Shown here in pieces: positions 30,743 through 39,698 of a stretch of 64,000 nucleotides of DNA. This DNA comes from a virus. Lineage: Duplodnaviria > Caudoviricetes. Every line of letters starts with the position of its first letter. Positions within the stretch are counted from its first letter, which is position 1. Where the stretch lies: positions 1 to 64,000 of the IMG/VR virus record IMGVR_UViG_3300021408_000001; one strand, 5' to 3'. The notes beneath the pieces were generated by a model, which was not told the origin of the DNA, made no database searches, and worked only from the letters and a program-made list of their open reading frames with translations. The position numbers and the translations under genes are program-made.

Positions 30743-30773
30743 ATTGAAAACTCCCTTGGGTAGAGTTTTCCAT

Positions 30774-31247
30774 TTAAGGAAAGTTTTTGTAAGCGAATTC
30801 ACCAAAAAGCTCAAGCGCCTTTTTATCGTAAGCGCGAGCTGCATTGATCTCCGAATTGAATACTCCAATATAATAATATCTACCATCTTTAATTATTTGT
30901 GCTGACCATTTTTGTTCTCTCGATTTCCAGCATACCCCTTTATATGTAGATGTGGATTTTGCATTCATCTTAGAGCTATTAGCTGCGTTCTGAGATTTTG
31001 ATGCAGGTCTGAGATTATCTCGTCTATTGTCTAACCTAATTCTATTTTTATGATCAATATTTTGCCCTAGTACCAGAAAATGCATTGGTGTAGGAACACC
31101 ATTTATCGTACAATAGGCATAAGAAGTGTAGTCACTAACACCATACTTCCCTCGGGCATACCAGGTATGTTGATTTAACCCAACATAGTCATCGTCATCA
31201 ACGATGGCAAACATATTAGTATTTGATATAGGTATTCTTCTAGTCAT
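30774..31247 (-). CDS. HNH-AP2 homing endonuclease
   Basis: IDHKNRIRLDNRRDNLR HNH motif plus STYKGV...AARAYD AP2; AT-rich, between tail tube and chaperone genes. Confidence 0.9.
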   Translation of the reverse strand: MTRRIPISNTNMFAIVDDDDYVGLNQHTWYARGKYGVSDYTSYAYCTINGVPTPMHFLVLGQNIDHKNRIRLDNRRDNLRPASKSQNAANSSKMNAKSTSTYKGVCWKSREQKWSAQIIKDGRYYYIGVFNSEINAARAYDKKALELFGEFAYKNFP

Positions 31248-31276
31248 TTTTTCCTTGGGTAAGGACTATAGTATAT

Positions 31277-32221
31277 TTACGGGAATGATGGCGTAGAAAT
31301 GTCTTCGCCCGTATGAACCAGGATCGAATACTCTGGATCACCGACGACGTTGTATTCGATTTCAGCACGAGTTAGATCACCCTGTGCAGCAAGACCAACT
31401 GAGTAGGAAGTCTTGATGGTTGTAGCGGTGTTAATCGTGATACCTCGGGACACAGATGTCTGCGCCCGTAGGTTGATGTTCTGGGACACAGGAGGGGTGG
31501 CTTTGAAATCGTTGAAGTCAGTCTTATCAACGAAGTCGCGAGCTAATGTTAGAGAGCAAGAACGCTCACCAAACCGGGCGAACTCAGCTTCTCTAGTTCC
31601 ACAGAGGCGGAACTCCGGTGTCGCATTGTCTTCAATGGTAAAGCTGTACGACATATCAACGTCGCACACTGTGGTACCAGTGGGGATCTGAATCGTGTAC
31701 TGGCCTGGACCATAAGGTGCAGTTGTAGGCCAGGTAGGAGTCGGAAGCGACTGGGTTGCCTCAGCAGCACCAATGATACCCATACGAGAGATGAGCATGC
31801 CGTTGTCTAGCGTAAACTCCATAGAGCCTACGATGCATCCGGTATAGCCGAAGACCACACCGTTTCTAACAACAGTGATCGAAAGCGACCTAGCAGGCAA
31901 AGCGCCGTGCGCTGGGCTGAATGCGTAGGTAAAGTTACCGCTGGTACCAGTCTTGGTACCTACCGTACGGCTAGCATTGAGAAAGTAAGGGACAATATCG
32001 TCCAGCGCTTCAATCTCAATGTCGCCTGCGTAGTGTAGGTTGCCGGGAACAATACCAACAACACCAGCTAGGTTACGAATAACCCTACGCTCGATGAGTT
32101 CGTTATTGGCCTCAAGAGTCTCACTCCTAATAGGAATGTATTTCTGAGGAGCAACATAGGTACCAATGGTTGTCTCACGAGCAATGCCCACGATACCTGC
32201 TGCGTTAAGACCTACAGGCAT
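31277..32221 (-). CDS. major tail (tube) protein
   Basis: GIARETTIGTYVAP, SLSITV...YTGC; position upstream of chaperones and tape measure. Confidence 0.85.
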   Translation of the reverse strand: MPVGLNAAGIVGIARETTIGTYVAPQKYIPIRSETLEANNELIERRVIRNLAGVVGIVPGNLHYAGDIEIEALDDIVPYFLNASRTVGTKTGTSGNFTYAFSPAHGALPARSLSITVVRNGVVFGYTGCIVGSMEFTLDNGMLISRMGIIGAAEATQSLPTPTWPTTAPYGPGQYTIQIPTGTTVCDVDMSYSFTIEDNATPEFRLCGTREAEFARFGERSCSLTLARDFVDKTDFNDFKATPPVSQNINLRAQTSVSRGITINTATTIKTSYSVGLAAQGDLTRAEIEYNVVGDPEYSILVHTGEDISTPSFP

Positions 32222-32227
32222 TATTTA

Positions 32228-32596
32228 TCACCTTCCCTCTTCAGTAGGCTGCTCGGTTTTTGGTTTAGCGACTACACCAGCAGTCTTCGGCTCTTCTGAC
32301 GGGGCTTCTACAGTGACCCCACCAGGAAGATCGGTGGAACGAATTCCTGAAAATTCACCGGTTGATACGGTGGTAGCACCTGCTGCCTGCGCCCTAGTTT
32401 CTGCGTACTTAGCATCCATATCATCTGAATGCTGAAACACAGGAAGCTTCTTACCATTCTCCAAGGGGAATCCTAGGACAACATCCTTGTCCCCAGGAAT
32501 TTCGTAAGACTTCATGTTAAGACGTAGGCCGTAAGGGCCACAATCAATTATCTCATCATGGGGCCTGTTCAATACATTTACAGAAAGAGTAGCCAT
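32228..32596 (-). CDS. hypothetical virion-module protein
   Basis: coupled ORF in head-tail operon. Confidence 0.6.
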   Translation of the reverse strand: MATLSVNVLNRPHDEIIDCGPYGLRLNMKSYEIPGDKDVVLGFPLENGKKLPVFQHSDDMDAKYAETRAQAAGATTVSTGEFSGIRSTDLPGGVTVEAPSEEPKTAGVVAKPKTEQPTEEGR

Positions 32597-33061
32597 TTAC
32601 TCCACCAATCGGGTCTTGGTCATGCCAATCCAAATGAGCCTGTTGGCCCTGACAAGCTTATCTCCAAGCATTTTGTAGCCATACTCCGATCGGGACACAT
32701 GGCCACTAATAATTATGCCACCAAAACGTGTACCACCAGCGAATTGCACATCAATGCTTTCCTTATTCAAAGCATCTGCTAGAGATTCCGACAGATCGTC
32801 GCAAACCTCTTGAATCATCTCAGTGCCCTGAAGACTAGCAAAATACATTAGAATGTTTATTGTAAAAAGGTTGTCAGTTTGGTACGGCATGCCCGACAGC
32901 TCTCGTGTGGTTATCGCTGGCTCCACACAAACTGATGGGTATTTCGCAAATGTCTGTTGATCTCCGTAAAAGACTTGCTTGACCCCTAACGAGTCTTTGT
33001 TGAGATCAATAAAATCCTTAATGGCCCTAGCTACTAACGATCCCCTGTAAGTATACGCCAT
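32597..33061 (-). CDS. tail terminator / head-tail joining protein
   Basis: synteny, YP.V.V.P motif. Confidence 0.6.
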   Translation of the reverse strand: MAYTYRGSLVARAIKDFIDLNKDSLGVKQVFYGDQQTFAKYPSVCVEPAITTRELSGMPYQTDNLFTINILMYFASLQGTEMIQEVCDDLSESLADALNKESIDVQFAGGTRFGGIIISGHVSRSEYGYKMLGDKLVRANRLIWIGMTKTRLVE

Positions 33062-33065
33062 CGCA

Positions 33066-33626
33066 TTACCTTCCCCCTGTTAGTACTTTGACAGCGCTAC
33101 CGAATCCTCCAAGCAATGCTGTGATTCCACCACCGATGACGGTTGTGACTATAGCATACTTGAGGATCTTGCCGATACTATCGGCGAGAAAGATTTGCTC
33201 AATTCGTGCTTCATCAGCAGTTTGAATAGTAGACCATGGTCTAGCCGGTAGCCATGGTCCCCCAGCTTCATGTATACCAGCGTAGTACGCACTACCAAGA
33301 CTTGATGCCAGCAAGTATGCCTCGTTATTATTGATAGTCCATGGTTTAATCGACGTTACCATTTCCTTCATTTTTCCAGTTTGCTGGAGAATAGGCATGC
33401 CTGGATATTCTCTACGAGTAATTGTCACCTCAGCCAAAGGCTCCCATGGCGGGATACCTTCAGCTTCGAAGTTAGCGTTGATAGAGGGTATTACGATGCC
33501 TTTAATAGCCTCTTCAATTGGCTGCTTGAAGCTTCTAAAAGCACCCGCAGCGCGATAAAACCCGCCCACAATAATGGCCGGGCTTGGATCTATGTCTATA
33601 TCAATTGACAACATTGGCTTAGCCAT
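33066..33626 (-). CDS. virion morphogenesis (Mu gpG-like) neck protein
   Basis: NFEAEG..WEPLA..T, ILQQTG, YAGIH..G...LPARP. Confidence 0.75.
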   Translation of the reverse strand: MAKPMLSIDIDIDPSPAIIVGGFYRAAGAFRSFKQPIEEAIKGIVIPSINANFEAEGIPPWEPLAEVTITRREYPGMPILQQTGKMKEMVTSIKPWTINNNEAYLLASSLGSAYYAGIHEAGGPWLPARPWSTIQTADEARIEQIFLADSIGKILKYAIVTTVIGGGITALLGGFGSAVKVLTGGR

Positions 33627-34096
33627 TAGAATACAACCTGGCTAGTAAACCAACGAGCAGCACCACCCTCAGCAGTAGGATCATCCAACCAAATCTGTGT
33701 AGCTGCATCGGTTGGATAGAACCCTATTGATGCAGATGCTGGAGCATTAGGGTCCGGGTCAACCCCTGGAAGGTCAATCGCGCCAGAGACTAACCCTTCC
33801 AGGAGTTCCTGGACACGCCTCTCCAACCATGTGGAGTAGGCAGTCTCTCCATCATCTTCTGATATGGCCTTGCGTAGAGTGAATGCTGCGACCAGCATTG
33901 CAACCATACGCAAGACCATGCCAGGAGTATTAGTACCATTGGTCCATGTAGACGTGTCGTAACGTTGCTCTAGGTACGACAGGATTATATCACTGGCCAT
34001 GTGTTCAAGTTCGGCATTGACTCCCTCAGCAGGGAGAATGTCCCACTTGTCAACGTTAAGCCAGGATTGTACCTGTGCCGGAGTGACGTAGCTCAC
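33626..34096 (-). CDS. head-tail adaptor (Mu gp36-like)
   Basis: MSYVT...ASDIILSYL..RY...L..L.SG.IDL pattern; synteny. Confidence 0.7.
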   Translation of the reverse strand: MSYVTPAQVQSWLNVDKWDILPAEGVNAELEHMASDIILSYLEQRYDTSTWTNGTNTPGMVLRMVAMLVAAFTLRKAISEDDGETAYSTWLERRVQELLEGLVSGAIDLPGVDPDPNAPASASIGFYPTDAATQIWLDDPTAEGGAARWFTSQVVF

Positions 34097-34110
34097 GACT
34101 ACGGCCTATG

Positions 34111-34446
34111 TTACTTACTAGTTGTAGCAGAACCTGAAGACTTGGCAGTCCCAGTCGTTGGGCCAGAGGACTTAGAATCATCGGTCTTAGGCTGCTCCTT
34201 AGAAGCTGCAGCAAGCTGAGCTTCTAGTTCGGCAACCTTTGCCCGTAGTTCGTCAGTCTCTACAAGAGCATCCTGTACCTGCTCACCAGTAGACTTAGTA
34301 CGGTCGTAGTTTGAGGCCGCACCAATCTCTAGTAGGTGAGCAATACGCTCCTGGCTCAGACCTTCCAGCTTATCTCCAGCATGGAAGACCTTGATCTTAC
34401 CATCGTCTTGAAGCTCTTTGATATCACTGAATGCATAAGCAGGCAT
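34111..34446 (-). CDS. hypothetical protein downstream of capsid gene
   Basis: 111-aa ORF with GGAG RBS. Confidence 0.6.
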   Translation of the reverse strand: MPAYAFSDIKELQDDGKIKVFHAGDKLEGLSQERIAHLLEIGAASNYDRTKSTGEQVQDALVETDELRAKVAELEAQLAAASKEQPKTDDSKSSGPTTGTAKSSGSATTSK

Positions 34447-34459
34447 TAAAGAACTCCAA

Positions 34460-35449
34460 TCAAGAGTCAGGCGACAGGACGTCAGTGATCAAGTAACCAG
34501 CGATAGAGTCGTTGCTGCTATCGACAGCAATCATTCGATACTCGTACCGGCGACTAACTTCCACGATGTCCGAACGACGCCGCTGTTCACGCCAACGCTG
34601 AACAACCTGTGACTCTCCACCTGGGTAGACCCAAGTGAACTCATATGCGAACGCAGGAATCCTTAGACCAGGACGCTGCGGCACATAAGCGATTACAACG
34701 TTCTCACCCCATAGATAGGCAAGCGACTCTGTCGTGCCCATAGGAGCGGTGTTGTAACCCATGCCAGGCACGGTGATGTTGTTCAGGTTGAACAGTGAGG
34801 AGATTAGATCCTGAGAAACCACACCGGTCTGAGAGTACTTAATACGCTCAATGAAGTCCGGGTGATCCTCTAGGTAAACCATAACCTGCCACGGAATAAC
34901 CGCGTAGTTAGGCTCTAGGAAGATCTTGCTGTGGATGGTAGTCCTAGCAGTCTTCACGTCCGCAATGGGATTAGATGTTGCGTAGGTATCCCACTGTAGG
35001 CCAGAGCCAAGGTTTACCGAGTGGCCTGATGCATAGTTAGCAGTAGTGGTAACGAGGTTCTTAAGAATCAGCTCTCGCTGCAACAGCACCTTCGCTGTAA
35101 CAAGCTCGGTACCATCACGGTCAGGAGAAAGAGGAGAATCAGCGTTCTCTCGCTCTTCGTCTGTGACCGCAATACGTAGCGCGTGCTCGACTGCGAAGTA
35201 TGGAGTTGTCGCAACGGTCAAGCCCGGGATCTCGTTAGCTTCACCACCAGGTGAACGAACATCAGAGCCAGGCTCAAGAACCCAACCTTCACGACCGAAC
35301 ACATAGTACTTGTCCGACTGCTTACGCACACGGACAGACGGAGCTAGTTGCTCACCAACGCCAGCGACGTTAGGCCAAGCAACAGAAATCTGGGTTAGAA
35401 CCTGATCAACGTGGACGTCGCCGCCGCCGCGTGGGTCATAAACAGCCAT
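34460..35449 (-). CDS. major capsid protein
   Basis: VDQVLTQISVAW, LAPSVRV, RSPGGEA, PAFAYEF motifs; position after scaffold and decoration genes. Confidence 0.88.
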   Translation of the reverse strand: MAVYDPRGGGDVHVDQVLTQISVAWPNVAGVGEQLAPSVRVRKQSDKYYVFGREGWVLEPGSDVRSPGGEANEIPGLTVATTPYFAVEHALRIAVTDEERENADSPLSPDRDGTELVTAKVLLQRELILKNLVTTTANYASGHSVNLGSGLQWDTYATSNPIADVKTARTTIHSKIFLEPNYAVIPWQVMVYLEDHPDFIERIKYSQTGVVSQDLISSLFNLNNITVPGMGYNTAPMGTTESLAYLWGENVVIAYVPQRPGLRIPAFAYEFTWVYPGGESQVVQRWREQRRRSDIVEVSRRYEYRMIAVDSSNDSIAGYLITDVLSPDS

Positions 35450-35826
35450 CAGACAGTACCTGCCTGTGTCAATAGGACGTCGACATGCTGTCCAGTAATA
35501 GTCGCCGGAGTTAGCAAAATACCAACTACAGCACTGGAAGAAGCAACGACACGTCCAGACGCATCCGTGCTAATCTGGACACCAGAAGTACCAAGAATAG
35601 ATCCAGCGATAGCTCTAGTAATACCCATCAGAGCAACATTGACAACACGACCACTAGTCGCATCACCAGCACTGATCTCTTCTTGAGCTACACCGATAAC
35701 AGGCTCACCCGGGGCGTTAGCCTGTGTAACAGAGGTGCCGGCAGCATTAAGCTCTACGAAGCGGAACTTCGTAATGGCGCCACCTGCAACCCATCCTTTA
35801 GATAGAACGTAGTTCGGTCCAGCCAT
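35449..35826 (-). CDS. capsid decoration/cement protein (DUF2190-like)
   Basis: AITKFRFV, IGVAQ, DASGR motifs; directly upstream of capsid gene. Confidence 0.75.
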   Translation of the reverse strand: MAGPNYVLSKGWVAGGAITKFRFVELNAAGTSVTQANAPGEPVIGVAQEEISAGDATSGRVVNVALMGITRAIAGSILGTSGVQISTDASGRVVASSSAVVGILLTPATITGQHVDVLLTQAGTV

Positions 35827-35831
35827 CTAGC

Positions 35832-36485
35832 TCACCTCCATTCCGAGGTAGCAGACTCGCGGTAAGCCTCGAACAGCTCTGGATTCGCAGCAGAAACTCG
35901 CGTAACAGCATCTGCGTAGCCCATGTTCTCATCAGATTCCATGAGCTTCTGAACCTCAGAATTGAAGCGAGTACCAGCGTCTCGCATGCTGCCAGCAGCA
36001 GCACGGCCACGCTCGCCAAGCTCCACTGTGCCGCTATCGGTGAGAACTTCCTTGACAAGGTCAACAACTAGGTTGCCGGCCTTAGGAGGCATAGCAGCAA
36101 TAAGCTCGCTAAGCTTCTCACTAACGTGCGGTGCGAGGATGCGCCGGGCGTTACCAACTTCGCTCATCTTGCGACGAACTTCTTGCAGACGATTAGCTGT
36201 TTCTAGCTCAGCAATCTTCTGCCTATTATCCTGAAGTTCAGCAAGTACAGCCTTAACGTACTCGTTGTCCTCAGCCATCTTCTGTAGCGCCTGCTGCATT
36301 GGTGCAGTAATAGGCGCTGGAGGTGCAACCGGGGGAGTAACTGGTGCTCCACCGCTACCCTCACCGCTAGAACCTAGGTTCTTAACAGCTTCGGATAGCT
36401 TACTCTGCAAATCCTCATCTGTGGTGTTAGTGTCGAACTTAACACCATGAAGAGTGGCCAAGAACTCAAGAGCTTCTCGCCCCAT
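35832..36485 (-). CDS. scaffolding protein
   Basis: coiled coil, ELGERG, YADAV..V...NPEL; between protease and capsid genes. Confidence 0.75.
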   Translation of the reverse strand: MGREALEFLATLHGVKFDTNTTDEDLQSKLSEAVKNLGSSGEGSGGAPVTPPVAPPAPITAPMQQALQKMAEDNEYVKAVLAELQDNRQKIAELETANRLQEVRRKMSEVGNARRILAPHVSEKLSELIAAMPPKAGNLVVDLVKEVLTDSGTVELGERGRAAAGSMRDAGTRFNSEVQKLMESDENMGYADAVTRVSAANPELFEAYRESATSEWR

Positions 36486-37311
36486 AAGGGTTACCCTCCG
36501 TCCTGGTAGACTCTGTTATAGCTATGGTAAAAGGCTCCCAATCTGCTTCCTTAAAGGAGAACAGAATAGATCCGTGAGTAACCTCTGGATCTACCTTGGG
36601 AGCCGGTGGCTTTGCAGCCGTCTTCTTCGATTCATTGAATTTCGTAATTATCTGTGTCTTAAGTGAGTCATCTGTGGTTGAATCGTCGAACTTGATGCTG
36701 CATAGCTCAGCATAAGTCTCCATAAGACTACGGATCGCAGTCTTTTCGACCTGCTCCGGAACCGTAATGTGTTCGGCCAGGTTAAGAGGAAGAATGCCCT
36801 TTAGATGAGGCATGTTTGTTAGTGCCCCACCGAAGAAGACATCCTTAAAAGTTTGCCCGTTAGCTGGGTGTTTCCACTCATTTGCATATTCAGGCGAGAA
36901 ATACTTGTAACCCTTGTCCTTAATTCTCTGGAAAGCTTCTCGCGTCCAGTCGACTAGGACCCACAGACCATCCGGGCGGGTATCAGCTCGCTGAATCCAG
37001 CCAGCAGCATCTTTACGCTGCTCACCATGGTCGTAGTTAATGGGTAGATCCTGGTCACGTACACCTTGATTGATGCCGGCAGCCATACGTGCTGCTCTTT
37101 CGGCATTCATAATGATCTTGCCGTACTGTGGATGCGACCATTCTCCATATGGGAAGGCTTGAATCCAACGACTCGTGCCTTCACCTTCGCCTAGAGAGTA
37201 CTTCTGTAGATCAACAAGATAGCCAAAATGCACGTCGGCTTCCGCGACAGAAGACTCTGACAAGGCGAACATGTTGATGGCCTCATTCGTGCTTCGGCTC
37301 ATATCAGACAT
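36466..37311 (-). CDS. capsid maturation protease (Mu gpI-like)
   Basis: INYDH, AAGWI, VDWT, YKYFSPE, GALTNMP. Confidence 0.88.
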   Translation of the reverse strand: MSDMSRSTNEAINMFALSESSVAEADVHFGYLVDLQKYSLGEGEGTSRWIQAFPYGEWSHPQYGKIIMNAERAARMAAGINQGVRDQDLPINYDHGEQRKDAAGWIQRADTRPDGLWVLVDWTREAFQRIKDKGYKYFSPEYANEWKHPANGQTFKDVFFGGALTNMPHLKGILPLNLAEHITVPEQVEKTAIRSLMETYAELCSIKFDDSTTDDSLKTQIITKFNESKKTAAKPPAPKVDPEVTHGSILFSFKEADWEPFTIAITESTRTEGNPYGARSS

Positions 37312-37412
37312 GAGGCTACCTCCTTGCTCAAACTATGTCAACTATATTGGAAACTTTTATGTTTAAGCGATCTACACGCTCTACAAAACCAAAACGGTTT
37401 TATAAACGTTAA

Positions 37413-37940
37413 TCACCTGTGTGCTCTTATAACCGTTTCCTGACCATAGATACTCTCAGCGTCAATAGTGACGACAGAGGCACTACAATCTAAACGTTCC
37501 AAGATATCGTTGATATTAAATGCTATGTCAGGTACACCCATGCCGCATACGTCATCATCGATTACAACAGTCTCTTTAGTAAGAGGTGTAAATAAAATTA
37601 TACAGATCTTGTCAACGAAGGATGCAACTGCATTATCTAGAATCTTTTCCCACTCGTGATTGTGCTCTAACACATGTCTCAAGAGTATTCCGGAAACATT
37701 AGATCTATAGGTTGTTAGATCTTCGACGGCATCGCACCATAGGCTGTGCGTCCCATCGATGCCCCTGTAACCGCCTACATGAACATTTCTAAACCATCCA
37801 TACCCACATCCCCAATCCTCTACGTAGAGCCCCCTCAGCCATTCCTCGGCCATTGAATAGGTAGTAGGATCACCATAAGGTATTTGCTGCGCAGCTCTTG
37901 CATACCAATTAGACCAGCGGCCAAGATTAGTCTGCATCAC
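37413..37940 (-). CDS. SAM-dependent methyltransferase
   Basis: EDWGCGYG motif I, RHVLEHN. Confidence 0.8.
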   Translation of the reverse strand: MMQTNLGRWSNWYARAAQQIPYGDPTTYSMAEEWLRGLYVEDWGCGYGWFRNVHVGGYRGIDGTHSLWCDAVEDLTTYRSNVSGILLRHVLEHNHEWEKILDNAVASFVDKICIILFTPLTKETVVIDDDVCGMGVPDIAFNINDILERLDCSASVVTIDAESIYGQETVIRAHR

Positions 37941-38210
37941 GAACAGTCTTTTGTACTACAGACAGTTCCCAAGTACACTTGAGGCCAGTCTCCTCTTCCC
38001 ATATCTCTACATAGCATTGTGGGCATAGAATAATTTCAGGACCAGACTCACTGAAATGTGACGAAGTAACTAGATTCCATTCAATGTTATCAGTACTCCA
38101 GGATTGTATATTCCTAGTTCCACAATTGTGACAATAGTCCTCTGGATGAAAATCTACCCAGCCTACATCTCTCTGACGATCAATATCTTCGACATCAATG
38201 TGGGTTAGTC

Positions 38211-39011
38211 TTACTGCCAATTTGGTGACCACCAGTACTCAGGGACATTAAAGTCATTGGATACTATAGGATCTGGCCAACGCATATTATCGAATTGTTC
38301 TTTGGTGAGCTTTATAAGTTCTTCACCGTTAGCATGATAACCATTATTAGAGCAAGCATCTAGGTCAAGCGACTTGAGTTCTCCGTGAGAGAACCAACTC
38401 AACTTTCTCTCTTTAGTACTAGAATTGCCCAACCATGACAAGTGCCAACCAAATCCGCATTGTAGGAACCCATATCTAGAGTTCCTTTGCTTCTGCGGAC
38501 TCAGGTCTTTATACTTGCAAGATACAGTGTGCAGTAGTTGACTGGGGTACAAATAGTCCAGGGCAAAACCGTGCATACGCATCGGCACGGCTACGACACC
38601 ATACAGATTAGTGCATCCCACAATTTCTGGTATGAAGATGGGATCTACGATTTCGTCCATGTCAGACAACATGACGATGTCGTCAGGGGCAATATTAATG
38701 CCCTTTGCCTCCAATATCTCCGGAAGCATATCAGTAATTTTGTCGCGATGCTGATACTCGATCCAGCCCCAATGCTGTCCTCCCCACTCAGACTTCTCAC
38801 CTTCCGGGAACGGATCAGCTTTAACTGTTGCCCAAATGATATCTAAATCCTCAGGAGGTGCTTCATTAGGAGATGCATCACCCTGGTAAGTGAGATCACA
38901 GGAGATTGCGACCATGGCATCAACATGATCACGCATCGTCATGTGCCTAAGGCGCACCATATCATGCTCGTGTGCACCAGAATACAGAAACACATCAATA
39001 ATTTTACTCAT
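38211..39011 (-). CDS. glycosyltransferase, GT17-like
   Basis: IIDVFLY, LSDMDEI (DxD), GWHLSWLG. Confidence 0.75.
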   Translation of the reverse strand: MSKIIDVFLYSGAHEHDMVRLRHMTMRDHVDAMVAISCDLTYQGDASPNEAPPEDLDIIWATVKADPFPEGEKSEWGGQHWGWIEYQHRDKITDMLPEILEAKGINIAPDDIVMLSDMDEIVDPIFIPEIVGCTNLYGVVAVPMRMHGFALDYLYPSQLLHTVSCKYKDLSPQKQRNSRYGFLQCGFGWHLSWLGNSSTKERKLSWFSHGELKSLDLDACSNNGYHANGEELIKLTKEQFDNMRWPDPIVSNDFNVPEYWWSPNWQ

Positions 39012-39698
39012 TTATGCACACTTCCTAAGCCACCCAGCAGGGTCCATAGTTATTGGATAAAGACTTTCAACGTTCTCATCTCGCATAAACTCTTTGTGAT
39101 TAGGAAGAAACGTTTCTATAGCCTCCAGCGGCCCATGACCACCCGGCCATTGCTTATCTGGATCATGCGGTAACCATCGGAAGACACCATCTTCAACTAC
39201 CATATAACATTCGGGAGTAACTATATCATGATATAGTTTCATCTCTGCTAGAACATGGCATGCATGGTGATCGCTATCCAGAATTACCATGCACTTCTTG
39301 TTAGCTGCAAAATCCCTAATTTGTTTTTCTATATTAGAATCTATGGAACTACCGATTAGCCACTTAACCTTGCTTCCGCATCTAAGTCTTCTACTACTAT
39401 CAACAGAGTCGTACACATCAACTGTTATAACATCTGGCCCAAAGTTTGAAAACCACTCTGCCGAAGCACCAGTCGCTGTGCCGCACTCAACAATTACTTC
39501 CGGTTCAGTGTCCTCAATAACGTATCTATACCTCTCGACATCTTCATCGATCTTGATCATGCCATGAGGTGGATACCATGAGCTGGAAAATACATCAACG
39601 CTACCTTCAATGTTGATGATGGTAGGTAATCCAATCTTGGGCGTGAGCAAGTACTCTTGAACTAAGTTCATAGCTCTCGACTCACACTTATGATTCAT
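39012..39698 (-). CDS. CmcI/rhamnosyl O-methyltransferase-like protein
   Basis: PEVIVECGT..G.SA, MVILDSDH, YMVVEDG, PAGWL. Confidence 0.85.
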   Translation of the reverse strand: MNHKCESRAMNLVQEYLLTPKIGLPTIINIEGSVDVFSSSWYPPHGMIKIDEDVERYRYVIEDTEPEVIVECGTATGASAEWFSNFGPDVITVDVYDSVDSSRRLRCGSKVKWLIGSSIDSNIEKQIRDFAANKKCMVILDSDHHACHVLAEMKLYHDIVTPECYMVVEDGVFRWLPHDPDKQWPGGHGPLEAIETFLPNHKEFMRDENVESLYPITMDPAGWLRKCA

